From positions 1 through 64,000 of IMG/VR virus record IMGVR_UViG_3300041956_000050: a stretch of DNA of 64,000 nucleotides; one strand, given 5' to 3'. Below are positions 1 through 10,800 of this stretch, piece by piece. A program made the position numbers and the translations under genes. This DNA comes from a virus. The notes below the pieces were generated by a model, which saw only the letters and a program-made list of their open reading frames with translations, was not told where the DNA came from and did no database searches. Positions within the stretch are counted from its first letter, which is position 1, and each line of letters begins with the position of its first letter.

Positions 1-2
1 GC

Positions 3-95
3 GAGGGTGTCTACACACGCCTGCTGCGCCAGGGAAGCCGTCGCATCGTGCGGCTGAAGCGGCCGGAGGCGTTCCTCTACGGCGACGTGCGCTAG
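3..95 (+). CDS. C-terminal fragment of probable major capsid protein (truncated by window edge)
   Basis: Open frame EGVYTRLLRQGSRRIVRLKRPEAFLYGDVR* ends at TAG 93-95. It resembles the end of lambda gpE-like capsid proteins and lies just upstream of head-completion and tail genes. Confidence 0.55.
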   Translation, partial: EGVYTRLLRQGSRRIVRLKRPEAFLYGDVR

Positions 96-110
96 AAGGG
101 AGGTGACAAC

Positions 111-815
111 ATGGGTTACAAGGTTCTAGTGGACGAAGTGACTGTCCACAAGACGATCAACAAGCTCCCGCAGCCGGATGGCTCGGTGATCTACCAGAAC
201 GGCCTCGGCCAGACGTACTACCGGGACGAGGTGGTTCCGGACGACCAGTTCGCTGAGGACTGGGCGGAAGCGCTCGAATCGGGCGAAGGTCCGCTCGGTG
301 AGTCGCTGAGCAAGCGGTTCGAGAAGGTCAGTGGTGACGGCAGTGGTGACACCGGCAAGCGCCTCGGTGCTCCGTTCGCGGGCTACGACGACATGGATGA
401 GGACGACGTTCTCAATGCCATGAAGATGTTGCCCTCGGCCGCGATCCAGCGGATCAAGGAGTACGAGGAGCAGCGCGACGATCCGCGTGAGCGCATCACT
501 GGCTACAACGTCGGCTACGGGGAGTCTGCTGTGGATCGCCAGGAGGGACGTGTCTCAAGCGATCCGCAGGACAGCGACCCGGAGAAGGCGTCTGCTCGCA
601 TCTCGACTCGCGAGGTGCCGGAGGACGGGCCGGTCGTGGCCGGTGAAGGTGTCACCGGTACTGGTGACCCGCAGGTTCCCTACGGCTCACGCGAGGACGA
701 CGAGAAGGGCGACATCAAGGGCAGCGGCAGCCCGCGCCGCCGTGGCCGTCGCGACCGACAGCCGAAGCCGCAGGAGGGCGGGGCCGACCCGTCTCTTGCC
801 AAGGCGAACGAGTAG
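111..815 (+). CDS. Hypothetical virion-module protein with a small helical PFxGYD...YE...R module
   Basis: Strong SD GGGAGGTGA; 234 aa; acidic, low-complexity C-terminus. Confidence 0.75.
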   Translation: MGYKVLVDEVTVHKTINKLPQPDGSVIYQNGLGQTYYRDEVVPDDQFAEDWAEALESGEGPLGESLSKRFEKVSGDGSGDTGKRLGAPFAGYDDMDEDDVLNAMKMLPSAAIQRIKEYEEQRDDPRERITGYNVGYGESAVDRQEGRVSSDPQDSDPEKASARISTREVPEDGPVVAGEGVTGTGDPQVPYGSREDDEKGDIKGSGSPRRRGRRDRQPKPQEGGADPSLAKANE

Positions 816-818
816 ACG

Positions 819-1328
819 ATGGCGCTCGCTGATTCACCAATAGCGTTGGCAGCACGCGACGAACTCCCTGAGACATGGGACAAGCTGTTGCAGGCACCGA
901 CGTTCGGTGAAGAAGCGCTGCAACGTCGTCTCGACGTTCTGACCTACCGGGCGTTTGGCGCAAGCCTCGATGAAGATGAGCAGGAGTTGCTTGATCCTGT
1001 TCTTGTCAGCTATCTTGGCAAGCGTCTGGCGCTCGACCTGATCATCCCCGGCATCGACTACTGGTCGAAGCAAGCGCTCTCGCTTTCCGCTGGGGAGCGG
1101 GAGACGAAGGCATACAAGGACCGTGCGGAGGACTTGAAGGAACTCCGCAAGCTCCTTCTGGAAGACACGAGCAAGATGCTTCCAGAGGTTGTGCTGCCGC
1201 AGATCCCACGGCCCGCAGCGGATACCGTTCGCGTGCTGGAGTCGGGATTCTCGACAGTACACGTGACAGCGGACCCGATGGGCTTCCCGCCTCTCTATGG
1301 TCCGCCCGAGGAGACGACGACAGGATGA
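819..1328 (+). CDS. Probable head-tail adaptor/connector
   Basis: Helical 169-aa protein after the capsid gene; ATGA-coupled to the next gene. Confidence 0.55.
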   Translation: MALADSPIALAARDELPETWDKLLQAPTFGEEALQRRLDVLTYRAFGASLDEDEQELLDPVLVSYLGKRLALDLIIPGIDYWSKQALSLSAGERETKAYKDRAEDLKELRKLLLEDTSKMLPEVVLPQIPRPAADTVRVLESGFSTVHVTADPMGFPPLYGPPEETTTG

Positions 1329-1960
1329 GTCCGTACCTGTCTGAAGAACTCGTCGGCACCGAGGAACTGCTCGACATGATCGAGTCGGCCATCATCCGCG
1401 AAGTGAACGAAGCGCTGGAAGTCGTTTACGAGCGGAGGGTGCCACGCGATAAGGCGCGAGCGGATCTCCGAGGTGAGGAGTACGTGCCCTTGGAGTACGA
1501 GGACGTACCGGCCAGCCATGTGTGGGCCGGGAACTTCCCGTCAACAGTGTTGGAGGAGGTTGGACCGGAGGCTTACCCGTACATCGCCATCACCCTTGAC
1601 GATACGATCCCTGACTCGGAAGACCTGATGCTGGATCACGTGAACGTGTACCGAAACGGATTCACGCTTCACGCGCTGGCAAAGTGCGAGCCTCAGGGTG
1701 ATGTCAACGGTAACGGCATCGACGGTGCGTCGGACATCGTGCTCCGGCGTGCCATCCGAATGTCCGAGGCGTTGCATCTGGTGATTCACCACGATCCGGC
1801 CGTCAGTCGCCTCATCAGCGGCGCATCGAACCCGACACGCGGCCAACACTCGCTGCCGTGGACGTATCAGCATCAGGGCGTGGGACCGAACTTCTGGTTC
1901 CAGGCTGTCGGTACTACTTACGCAATCAAGAGCTACTCATCTCCCTACGGGTCTGAGTAG
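1325..1960 (+). CDS. Probable tail terminator/tail completion protein
   Basis: Acidic 211-aa protein with a YPYIAI motif, immediately before the major tail protein. Confidence 0.5.
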   Translation: MSPYLSEELVGTEELLDMIESAIIREVNEALEVVYERRVPRDKARADLRGEEYVPLEYEDVPASHVWAGNFPSTVLEEVGPEAYPYIAITLDDTIPDSEDLMLDHVNVYRNGFTLHALAKCEPQGDVNGNGIDGASDIVLRRAIRMSEALHLVIHHDPAVSRLISGASNPTRGQHSLPWTYQHQGVGPNFWFQAVGTTYAIKSYSSPYGSE

Positions 1961-1990
1961 CTAGTGTTGAAACGAGAGGAGGTGAAGTAG

Positions 1991-2674
1991 ATGGGCACGT
2001 TCTTCCGGGGTCGGCACCCGATCACCTACGAGCGTGGCTTCGTCCAGGGCGCGGGACGGATTCTGTATGCGCCCGCCGGGTCTGCCTGGCCGGACGACAT
2101 CAGTGACATCATTGATGTCGATGACTCGGCTCCGACGGCCTACGACCTCAAGACACCGTGGGTCGAGATCGGCTTCACGAAGACCGGCATCAACATCACC
2201 CGCAACAACGCCGAGGAGGATTTCGACGTTGATCAGGTGAGCGGGTCGATTCGTCGCCGTCCGACCAACTGGGAGATGTCAGTCGGCACCCAGCTTGCCG
2301 AGGCAACACTGGAGACATTCCAGCTAGCCTGGGAGTTGGGACCGATCAACGACGCCACCGTGGCCTCACCGCAACTTGGCGAGCGGCACATGGGGCTGGG
2401 CGCTCCCACGTCGTACACGGAGCGGATGATCGCTGTGCTGTTCCAGTTCCCGCCCGAGCCTTCGGGCGCGAGTCCTGGGACGGCGGCGCTGATCCGTGCA
2501 TGGGTCTTCCGGCGCTGCCTGCGTGCGGCGCAGGAGTCGGGGCTGACCCTCCAGAAGACCGGCGAGCAGGTGTCGCTGCCAGTGCGGTGGAACGCACAGG
2601 CCGACACCAGTGTTCCCATCGATGAGCAGTTCGGGGAGATGTTCGAGCAGGTTCCCGACACTGTGACTCCGTAG
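1991..2674 (+). CDS. Major tail (tube) protein
   Basis: Motifs GAGRILYAP, EIGFTKTGINIT, DFDVDQ and QLAEATLE are typical of actinophage tail tube proteins; SD GAGGAGGTGA. Confidence 0.8.
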   Translation: MGTFFRGRHPITYERGFVQGAGRILYAPAGSAWPDDISDIIDVDDSAPTAYDLKTPWVEIGFTKTGINITRNNAEEDFDVDQVSGSIRRRPTNWEMSVGTQLAEATLETFQLAWELGPINDATVASPQLGERHMGLGAPTSYTERMIAVLFQFPPEPSGASPGTAALIRAWVFRRCLRAAQESGLTLQKTGEQVSLPVRWNAQADTSVPIDEQFGEMFEQVPDTVTP

Positions 2675-2681
2675 TCAACGG

Positions 2682-2797
2682 GCATGACAGACTGAGCAAA
2701 GGCCAGTCACATCAGCAAAGGCGATACTCATGCATACGACAACTAACACGACATCAGCAGGGCGAGGGTTCTGATAGGGCCTTCGCCCTGTCGTGTT
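2682..2797 (+). promoter_or_regulatory. Structured intergenic element: three-way junction plus terminator-like hairpin
   Basis: GCATGA/TCATGC closes two AGCAAAGGC hairpins. Next is hairpin CAGGGCGAGGGTTC/GGGCCTTCGCCCTG (2758-2790) followed by TCGTGTTTCTT. Confidence 0.6.
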
Positions 2798-2801
2798 TCT
2801 T

Positions 2802-3314
2802 ATGGCCAGAACCAAGTACGTAACCATCAAGCTTGAGGGAGAGGAGAAGATCTCGGCTGCTCTGCGCTCGCACGAAGAGCGTGGCTCGGCGCAGCTTCGA
2901 GAACTGGTTGATGATCTGGCCGATGTCGCGGGGATTGCGCTCATCGCGCACGTTCCTCGTGGCAGCAGTGACTACATCTTGGAGCATGTTGACCGAGATG
3001 GCCCGTTGTGGATGCCTGGTGGCGCAGGTGGCAGCGGTGAGTGGAAAGCCATCGTCGGCATCAAGAAGGGGCACAGCAGGCACCCGATCTACGTCGAGGA
3101 GGGCACCGGCATCTACGCCGGTCGCAGCGAGTGGGGCGGCAGGCCGATGCCGATGACCAAGGCGTTCCCCGAGTCCGATCCCGGTGGCCCTGCCTCCAAG
3201 ACCAAGTTCCGCCAGTACGTCAAGGGCCAGAGGCCGCAGAAGTACTTCTACATGACGTGGCGGACGCTCAACGCCGTCGTGGCAGCACGCATCGCAGCAC
3301 GGAAGATCCTGTAA
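2802..3314 (+). CDS. HK97 gp10-like tail completion protein
   Basis: Motifs HPIYVEEGTGIY and VKGQRPQKYF; lies in the tail module. Confidence 0.7.
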   Translation: MARTKYVTIKLEGEEKISAALRSHEERGSAQLRELVDDLADVAGIALIAHVPRGSSDYILEHVDRDGPLWMPGGAGGSGEWKAIVGIKKGHSRHPIYVEEGTGIYAGRSEWGGRPMPMTKAFPESDPGGPASKTKFRQYVKGQRPQKYFYMTWRTLNAVVAARIAARKIL

Positions 3315-3337
3315 CTGCTCATCGAAGGAGAGCAACA

Positions 3338-4027
3338 ATGGCTACACCTACCAAGCAAAGGCCCCCGTCGAAGATCCCGTCAGCGCAAGACGACGGGGCG
3401 ACTGACGAACAGGTCAAGGAGGCCGAGGCGGCGCTGGAGATCCTTGAGCCTCAGGTCGAGGCCAAGCGCTGGATCATTGGCAAGCCGCCCGAGCAGGGTG
3501 GCAAGGACACTGAGTACAGTGTTTACACACAGCAGGCGCTCGGATACATGGCCCGTAACCGGTTGTTCTCGCTGATCGGGCGCACGTTCTCGCTGGCGAT
3601 CAAGGCGACCGGTGGCAGTGTTGGCGGAATGGATGACATCTTCGGGTCAGGCGGTGGCACGCTGATCGAGCGAGGGCGTAGGCTCGGCTCACGCGACTTC
3701 CAAGATGCATCGTCGTTCTTCGCGCTCGCGATGGAACTGGTTGGCTACGCTCCGGACTTCCTGTCCGACTTCTATGCCATCATTCTTGACGTTCCGGTGG
3801 GAGAGCGCGGGTGGTTCCGCGAGGTCATCGAGCAGCCGCGCAGGCCCGACGATGACAAGTGGGGTCTGTCTGAGGACGACGGCATCCTGATGATCGAGAT
3901 CTTCATCGATCAGAACTACGAGGACATCCGTCGTTTTTTTACGGAGAGGCTTCCGAGGATCGGTCGCCGCGCTTCGCAGAGGGAACAGGAGCACAAGAAG
4001 GACCGCGAATCCGCGTCACAGCAGTAG
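3338..4027 (+). CDS. Tail assembly chaperone (short form)
   Basis: SD GAAGGAG before ATG 3338; lies between tail tube and tape measure; slippery T-TTT-TTT at 3934-3940. Confidence 0.75.
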   Translation: MATPTKQRPPSKIPSAQDDGATDEQVKEAEAALEILEPQVEAKRWIIGKPPEQGGKDTEYSVYTQQALGYMARNRLFSLIGRTFSLAIKATGGSVGGMDDIFGSGGGTLIERGRRLGSRDFQDASSFFALAMELVGYAPDFLSDFYAIILDVPVGERGWFREVIEQPRRPDDDKWGLSEDDGILMIEIFIDQNYEDIRRFFTERLPRIGRRASQREQEHKKDRESASQQ

Positions 4028-4533
4028 AGGTCGTAGAGAAGATCTGGTCAAACGGAGGAGGCGACAAGCTAGACGACATACTTAGATGGCCTGCCAAGCG
4101 TGTTGAAGGCTTCTACAAGGCCATCGTCACGCGGGAGGCTGTCGAGTCGATAGAGCAGCAGCGCCGGGACATGATCTCGGCGTGTTACTCGAATCCGAAC
4201 TGGGACGGCAAGGACAACGCAAGCAAGCGCGAGGAATACCTCAGAGACATCAACAGGCACTTCAATGAAGCAATCACCGCGATCTACTACCCCGAAGAAC
4301 ACAAGGCTCAGAAGGTGGACTGGAGCAACCCGTTCTTCGCGGCACACAAGCGCGAGATGTTGCGGACGAAGAAGCTGTTCGAGCAGGCCACCGGCCGCAC
4401 GTTGGGCGATGTCATCGAGGAAGAAGACAAGAGTGGTGTCGATCAGGTGCAGAACGGGAGCACCAACGGCCACGCTCGCGGCAGGGACTATGACCAGATC
4501 CCTGACGAAGACAAGATCCCGAGGAATACATGA
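3338..4533 (+). CDS. Tail assembly chaperone long form via programmed -1 frameshift
   Basis: A -1 slip at CGT TTT TTT ACG enters a frame (TAC GGA GAG...) that is open to TGA 4533 and contains the 4171..4533 ORF. Confidence 0.75.
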
Positions 4534-4555
4534 CAACAGTGAGAAAGGAGGTGAG

Positions 4556-4771
4556 ATGGTTACCGCGAAGTTCAAGGTCAGTCGCCGCAACGACATGGGT
4601 TGGGCGACCGAGGTCGAGTTGACTCCCGACTACGCCGATGGGCGCAACAAGGAGTGGGCTGAGGCCACCCCGGCAGGCATGTGCCGGATGACGATCAAGA
4701 ACGAACTCGCTGCGAAGCAGTTCAGGGAGAACCAGCCGGTCACTCTGACGTTCAGCTTCGATGACGAGTAG
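4556..4771 (+). CDS. Small hypothetical phage protein (71 aa)
   Basis: SD AAAGGAGGTGA; sequence MVTAKFKVS...NKEWAEATPAG... Confidence 0.7.
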   Translation: MVTAKFKVSRRNDMGWATEVELTPDYADGRNKEWAEATPAGMCRMTIKNELAAKQFRENQPVTLTFSFDDE

Positions 4772-4825
4772 CGGTACGGCTGAGGATAAGGGTGTCCGGA
4801 CCCAGCTACACCGTCTCAAGTTGTC

Positions 4826-7800
4826 ATGAATGAAGTCGAATACATTCTGAGGATCGTCCTCAAGGCTCGCGATGAACTGGCGACCGCGCTCAAGCGTGCG
4901 CGGGAGGAACTGCGGCTGTTTGCCAACGCTGCTGGCGATAACCAGAAGAAGATCGACGCATTCAACACGTCCGTCGAGAAGATGAACGTGAATATTGACA
5001 ACATCACGGACAAGTTCCGTGAATGGCGAGCCGTCATCCAAGGGACGAGTGATGGCACTGAGAAAGCACGCAAGTCCTTCGGTGATCTCGCCAAGGATGT
5101 TGACGAGGCAGGCAAGGCGACTAAGCGCTCGGCCGATGCGGCAGAGAAGCACGCCGTAGCGCAAGACAAACTTCTCAAGTCTGCTGACAAGCTCCGTAAC
5201 GAGTACCGGAAGCTGCACGAAACCGAGGGCGAGATCGACAAGGATCGCGAGTACTCGGTCTTCCGCCTGAAGGAAATCGGGGTGCAGCTAGAGTCGATCT
5301 CCAAGAAGGTCGCTGACCCGAAGATCCAGCGCTTCTACTTCAACTGGGCCAGAGACGCCAAGAGTGCTGCTAACTCTATCATCGCGGAGCAGAAGCGGAT
5401 CACTGCTGCTGAGGAAGAGGAAGCCAAAAAGCGCGTCGATGCTGAAGAAGCCGCGCTCAAGTTCGCGGAGAAGGCAGAGAAGGATTCTTTCGCACGGCGA
5501 GCAAAGGCGCACGAGAGCGCCGTCAAGACTTATAACAACATAGTCGCCAGAGGACTCCAGCAGCAGATCGCGGAGGAGGAAGCTGCTGCCAAGGAGAGCG
5601 TCAGGATCGAGACGGAGAAGGCTAGGCGCAAGGAGCAGATCAACCAGCGTGAGTCCGAGCGCTACCGGGCCTTTGTGAACCAACGGGCCGCGCTTCAGCG
5701 CCTTACTTCCGGCGATGCTGACTTCATTGATGTCGGCAGGGCGCGCGAAACCGTTACTGAGATGCGCAAGGTCGCGAATCAGTACAAGGACACCTCGAAG
5801 ACTTATCGCGAACTCAAGGACGGAGCTATTGCGCTTGAGCATGCGCTGCGCGGCGTCAATCGCCAGGGCGACGAGAGCAACCATGTCTTCAGCAGACTGT
5901 TCCGCGCGTTCAGGAACAATTCAGATAGCATCGCCACTCTTGATAATCAGCTTCGTGGCATGGGGCTGTTGCTGGTTGTCGGCTTCGCGCAGCAACTGAT
6001 CACAGTCCTCGGTGGCCTCGGTGGAGCATTCGTCTCGGTGGCATCGTCGGCAGCGATGGCAGGCGGCGCAATCGGTGGCATCTTTGTCGCTGGTATTGTC
6101 CAAGCGATCCCGGCCATCGGCCTTCTCGGTGCTGCTCTGGCTCGTGTCAAGAGTGTTATGGAGGCGGTGCAAGCTGCTCAGGCGGCGGATCAGCAGAACG
6201 CGACTCAAGCGGCGACGGCTCATCGTCGGGTGGCAGACGCGGCCGACACGTTGCGCGAGGCGCAGGAGCGGCTCAGCAAAGCGCGCAAGGATGCACGAGA
6301 GGAGATCGAGGATCTGATCGACGCTGAGCGCGAGGCTGAGCTAGCGGCAATAGGCGCGACGCTTTCTCAGCAGGAGGCTCAGGAAGCGCTTCGAGAAGCT
6401 GTCGCCAGTGGCGAAGGCGTAGCTCGCGCACAGCTTGGCGTGCTGGAGGCGAACGCAGCCAAGCAGGAGGCCATCGAGGATCGTCAAGATGCACGACGAA
6501 AGTCGCGTCAGGCACAACGCGGCGGCGTTGAAGCAATGCCGGGCGTCGTGCAGGCGAACCAGCAGCTTGAGACGGCCAAGCGCAATGCGCAGGAGGCAGC
6601 AGCCGGTACTGAGACGGCGGTGGCAAAGCTCAATTACCTGATCGCACAGTTGTCACCTGCTGAGCGACGGCTGTACGAAGCGGTCACGAACTTCCAGAAC
6701 CTGTTCAAGCAGGGCGTCTACCGCGAGATCACTGACAACCTTGTAAACAGCTTCGCCCGCAGCGTCGAGAAGATCACGAAGATCATCCAGATGCCGGAGG
6801 TTCTCGGCCTGGCCAAGCGCACGTCGAAGACGCTGGCGAGCACGATGAACAACGTCTTCGATTCGTTCACGACGAAGCCGATGCTCGACCAGTTCGTGCG
6901 GATCGGTGAAGCAGGCCGCAAGAACCTCAAGCCGCTTGGCGGAATCCTCACCGATGTTGGCAAGATTATTCTCAACATTGCTGAGGCGGCAGGCCCGTCG
7001 TTCCGGCGCTTCATAGGGTTCGTCGGGGATCTGGTCGGCAAGTTCCTCGATCTCACCGATAACCGCAAGGCGATGACGGCGTTCTTCGATGAGGGCGAGA
7101 AGCATCTTGAGGCGTGGATCGAACTGTTCGTGGCAGTCATCGATCTGTTCGCTGCTCTGACCGGCGCGGGTGGTGCTGAGTCCGGGCTGAAGACGATTGA
7201 AGACGCTACCAAGGCTATTGACGATCTAGCGGAGAAGGTCAGGGACAACCGCAAGGATGTTGCCAAGTTCTTCGAGGATGCTCGCGACATTGCATATGAA
7301 GTCGTCGGCGTTCTCGTTGAGATTGCGAAGGCGCTCGGGCGAACGTTCACGCCGGAGCGTGTCCACAGGTTCGCTGACTTCATCAAGAAGGTCATCATCC
7401 CGGCGCTTGAGAATGTGATCGACTTCTTGGGCCAGATCACCGACAAGCTTGTTGAGTTTGCTGACACGCCAATCGGCGGGGAGATCATCAAGGGTCTTGT
7501 CGCCTTTGTTGTCTTGCAGCGCATCTTGGGTGGCGTGCTCGGTTCGCTCAAGCTGATCACCACCTTCGTCGGTCCCATTGCGGAAGCGTTGATCAGCGTT
7601 GGAAGCAGCGCTGGCGCATGGGAGAAGATCGGCCAGGTGCTGCTCCGGTTCGGCAGGTTCGGTGGTCCGATTGCGATTGCGATTGGGCTTATCGTCCTCC
7701 TGCTGGACAAGCTCGGGCTGCTCGATGACGCCTGGGAAGCTGTCAAGAGTGGATTCAACGAGTTCTGGAAGCTCGTTCAGCCTTCGCTCAAGCAGTTCTT

Positions 7801-10800
7801 CAGGTCGATCAAGCAAGCGTGGGAAGCAGTCAGAGATGGTAAGGGTGCGTTCGGTCTGATACTCGACGTGCTCAAGCCGATCATGAAGGTGCTGATCGAC
7901 ATCGGCGGCATCTTCTTCCGTGTGTTCGGTCGTTTTCTCGGTCGCATCATCAGTGGTGCATTGGACATCCTCAGCGGCTTCATCGATGTTGTCATCGGAA
8001 TCCTGACAGGCGACTGGTCAAAGGCGTGGGAGGGTGCCAAGCGCATTGTCAGGGGATTCATCCGTGGCGCGACGGCGATCTTCCGTGCATTCCCGGAGTT
8101 CATTTGGGAGATCATCAAGAAGCTGCCTGGCCTGTTCCGCAAGCTCGTGCCGCTGATCAAGGATGCAGCGAAGGCGATCTTCCACGCCATTGTTGACTTC
8201 TTGGAGAAGCTCCCCGAGCGGATGAAAAAGCTTGGCAAGACTGTTGGCGAAGCTCTGATCGATGGCATCGTTGCGGCGATCAAGTCGGGCGCTTCACTTG
8301 CCAAGGATCTTGCCAATGCTCTGATCGACATCCTCAACAAGCTGCTACCGAACAAGATCCCGATCCCCGGCGCTCCGGATATCGATCTGCCCGACAATCC
8401 GATTCCGCATCTGGCTGAAGGTGGCCCGTCTGGCAAGGGTAGCTCCAGCGGCTTCCTGGCTGTCCTGCACCCGGATGAGCACATCTGGACAGCAGCGGAG
8501 GTGCGCGCAGCCGGTGGCCACGATGCAATGTTCGCGATGCGGCGCTACTACGGTGGCGGTGGCCAGGGCAGAGGTTCCTACAGGGATGGTGGTCAAGCTA
8601 CTTCTCCGTCAGGAGCGTTGACAGTTACGTTCATTGGCGAGGGCATGGAAGAGTTCACAGTGCTGTGGCGACAGTTCTGGAACGTCATCGTGCTGCTCGC
8701 CATCCAAGGCACCACTCGCGTCGAGCAGCAGTTCCGCGACATGCGTGCTGTCATCTCGCGGAATGTGAACCGGATGTACCGAGATGTCCGTGATGCGCTA
8801 GTCGCCATGGACCGCTCCTTCGAGCTTCGTGGCAAGAGGATTGTCGAGTCTTGGTCGGATACGTGGCTGTCGCTGATGAAGGTCACGCATCAGGGCCTGT
8901 TCTACATCGGCCATGAGACGAACCAGGGGCTGCGCGGCCTCGGTGAGAAGTCGATCAACTTCGGGTTCACGGAACCGAAGAAGAGTGATGGCAAGGCTGG
9001 TGGCGGCTGGATCGGGATGCAAGGCCAGCGCGGACAAGATCGCGGCCTCTATCCGCTCGGTGACGGCGAGGCGGTGCTGAACTGGCAGCACCAGAAGTAC
9101 GTCGAACCTGCCATGAATGCTTACTACGGTCATGGCTTGGCATCGATGTTCGACCGCGTGCATGGCTACCACGCGGGCATCGGTGGATCTGGCTACGCCT
9201 CCGGCCGTCCGCCGCAGTTCTCACCGATCCCCGGTTTCCCGATGGAGGAAGCCAACACGCGCATCATCCCGCTGCTCGTCCGGCTGATGAAGCAGTACAA
9301 GTTCATCCCGACCGATGTGTATGACCGCGACCGCAGCGCCGGTCACAAGTCGCCGGGGCACAATGTCACCGGTACTGCGCTCGATGCTGTTCCTGGCCCT
9401 GGTGGTAGCTGGGCATTGATTGAGGCGATGGGCCGCTGGGCAGTTGGCCAGGGAATGACTGTTGGCTATGGCGCTGGCGTTCCCGGCTCGCAGGCGTGGC
9501 CGGGACACGGATATGGCAACCATATTCACATCGAACTTGGCGGCGATCCGGGTGTTGCTGGCACGGTCTTGGAAACGGTCGCGAAGGTTGGCCGTCCGCT
9601 CATCACTGGCGGGGGCAAGCTCGCGGAGATGGTGCAGGCTGCCTTCGACATGGTGCTCAAGGCAGCCAATGCGGAACTGACTGCGACATTCGATCCTGTC
9701 AGCGGTACTACCAGCTTCAAGCTCGGGCCTGGTGGTGCAGCACAGAAGGTGTTCGACTTCTTCACTGCGCGTGGCCTGAGCGATGCGATTGCCGCTGGAT
9801 TCGTCGGCACGTTCCAGAAGGAGTCCAACTTCGTCACTACTGTTCAGAACGCTGCTGGCAGCGGCGCAACTGGACTGGCGCAGTGGCTCGGTGGTCGTCT
9901 GACAGCACTTCAGGCATTGCCCAACTGGACTAGCCTGGCAACGCAGTTGAACTACGTGTGGAAGGAGTTGCACAGCACGGAGTCAGCGGCGTTCTCAGCG
10001 ATCAAGGGTGCGAGCACGCCGGAAGAAGCGGCATATCTGATCGACAGCAGGTATGAGCGCTCTGACAATATTCTTTCGGCTCCGCAGTACGCGAGAGCAG
10101 CATACGAGCGCTTCCATCACACCGGCCCGCGCAAGCAGTACGCTGAGGGCGGCGAGATCCCCGGCCCGCTCGGTCAGGCGATCCCGATCCTGGCACACGC
10201 GCAGGAGTGGATCGTCAATCCGACGCAGCAGGCGCGGCTGGCAGCACTGACCGGACTCAGCCGCTACGGCTTGAAGTCGATGCTCGGCTTCTACGGTGGC
10301 AAGGGTAGTTACCAGGGAGGTGGTGCTCCTGGCGACACAGAGGTCACTAGGCTGTCAGACAAGGATGTCAAGGGGATTGATAATGCACGGCTGCGGCGGA
10401 TTATCGTCGCATTGCGTAATCTCGGAACACGGCTGGATAGGATGGCCGAGGCGATCCGTCCGGCTGAACGCTTTGTCGATGGACTTGACAAGACGATGGA
10501 CAATCTTGGGCGTCTGTCGCATCGCATCAACCGCGTGCGCGACAAGTCGGATCGCAGGACCGGCGTGCGCGGCTTCCTCGATGCGATGGAGAATCTGACT
10601 GGCGACACTGGCCTCTTTGCCAAGCTGCGCGAGTCGATTGAGCGCCGCACTGAGCGCTTTGGCAGGCGGTTGGTGCGAGATCGCTTCACTGTCAGCGGCC
10701 GTCGTGGTGCTCGTGTTGTCGCCAGGGCACAGGACGACGTGCAAGAGGCGCGAGCCGAACTTGCTGAGCAGCAGCGCCAGCGCACCGATCTGGTGGCTGA

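Noticed and set aside
3041-3337. N-terminal extension of the tail chaperone ORF
   Set aside because: It overlaps the gp10-like gene, and a clear SD precedes ATG 3338.
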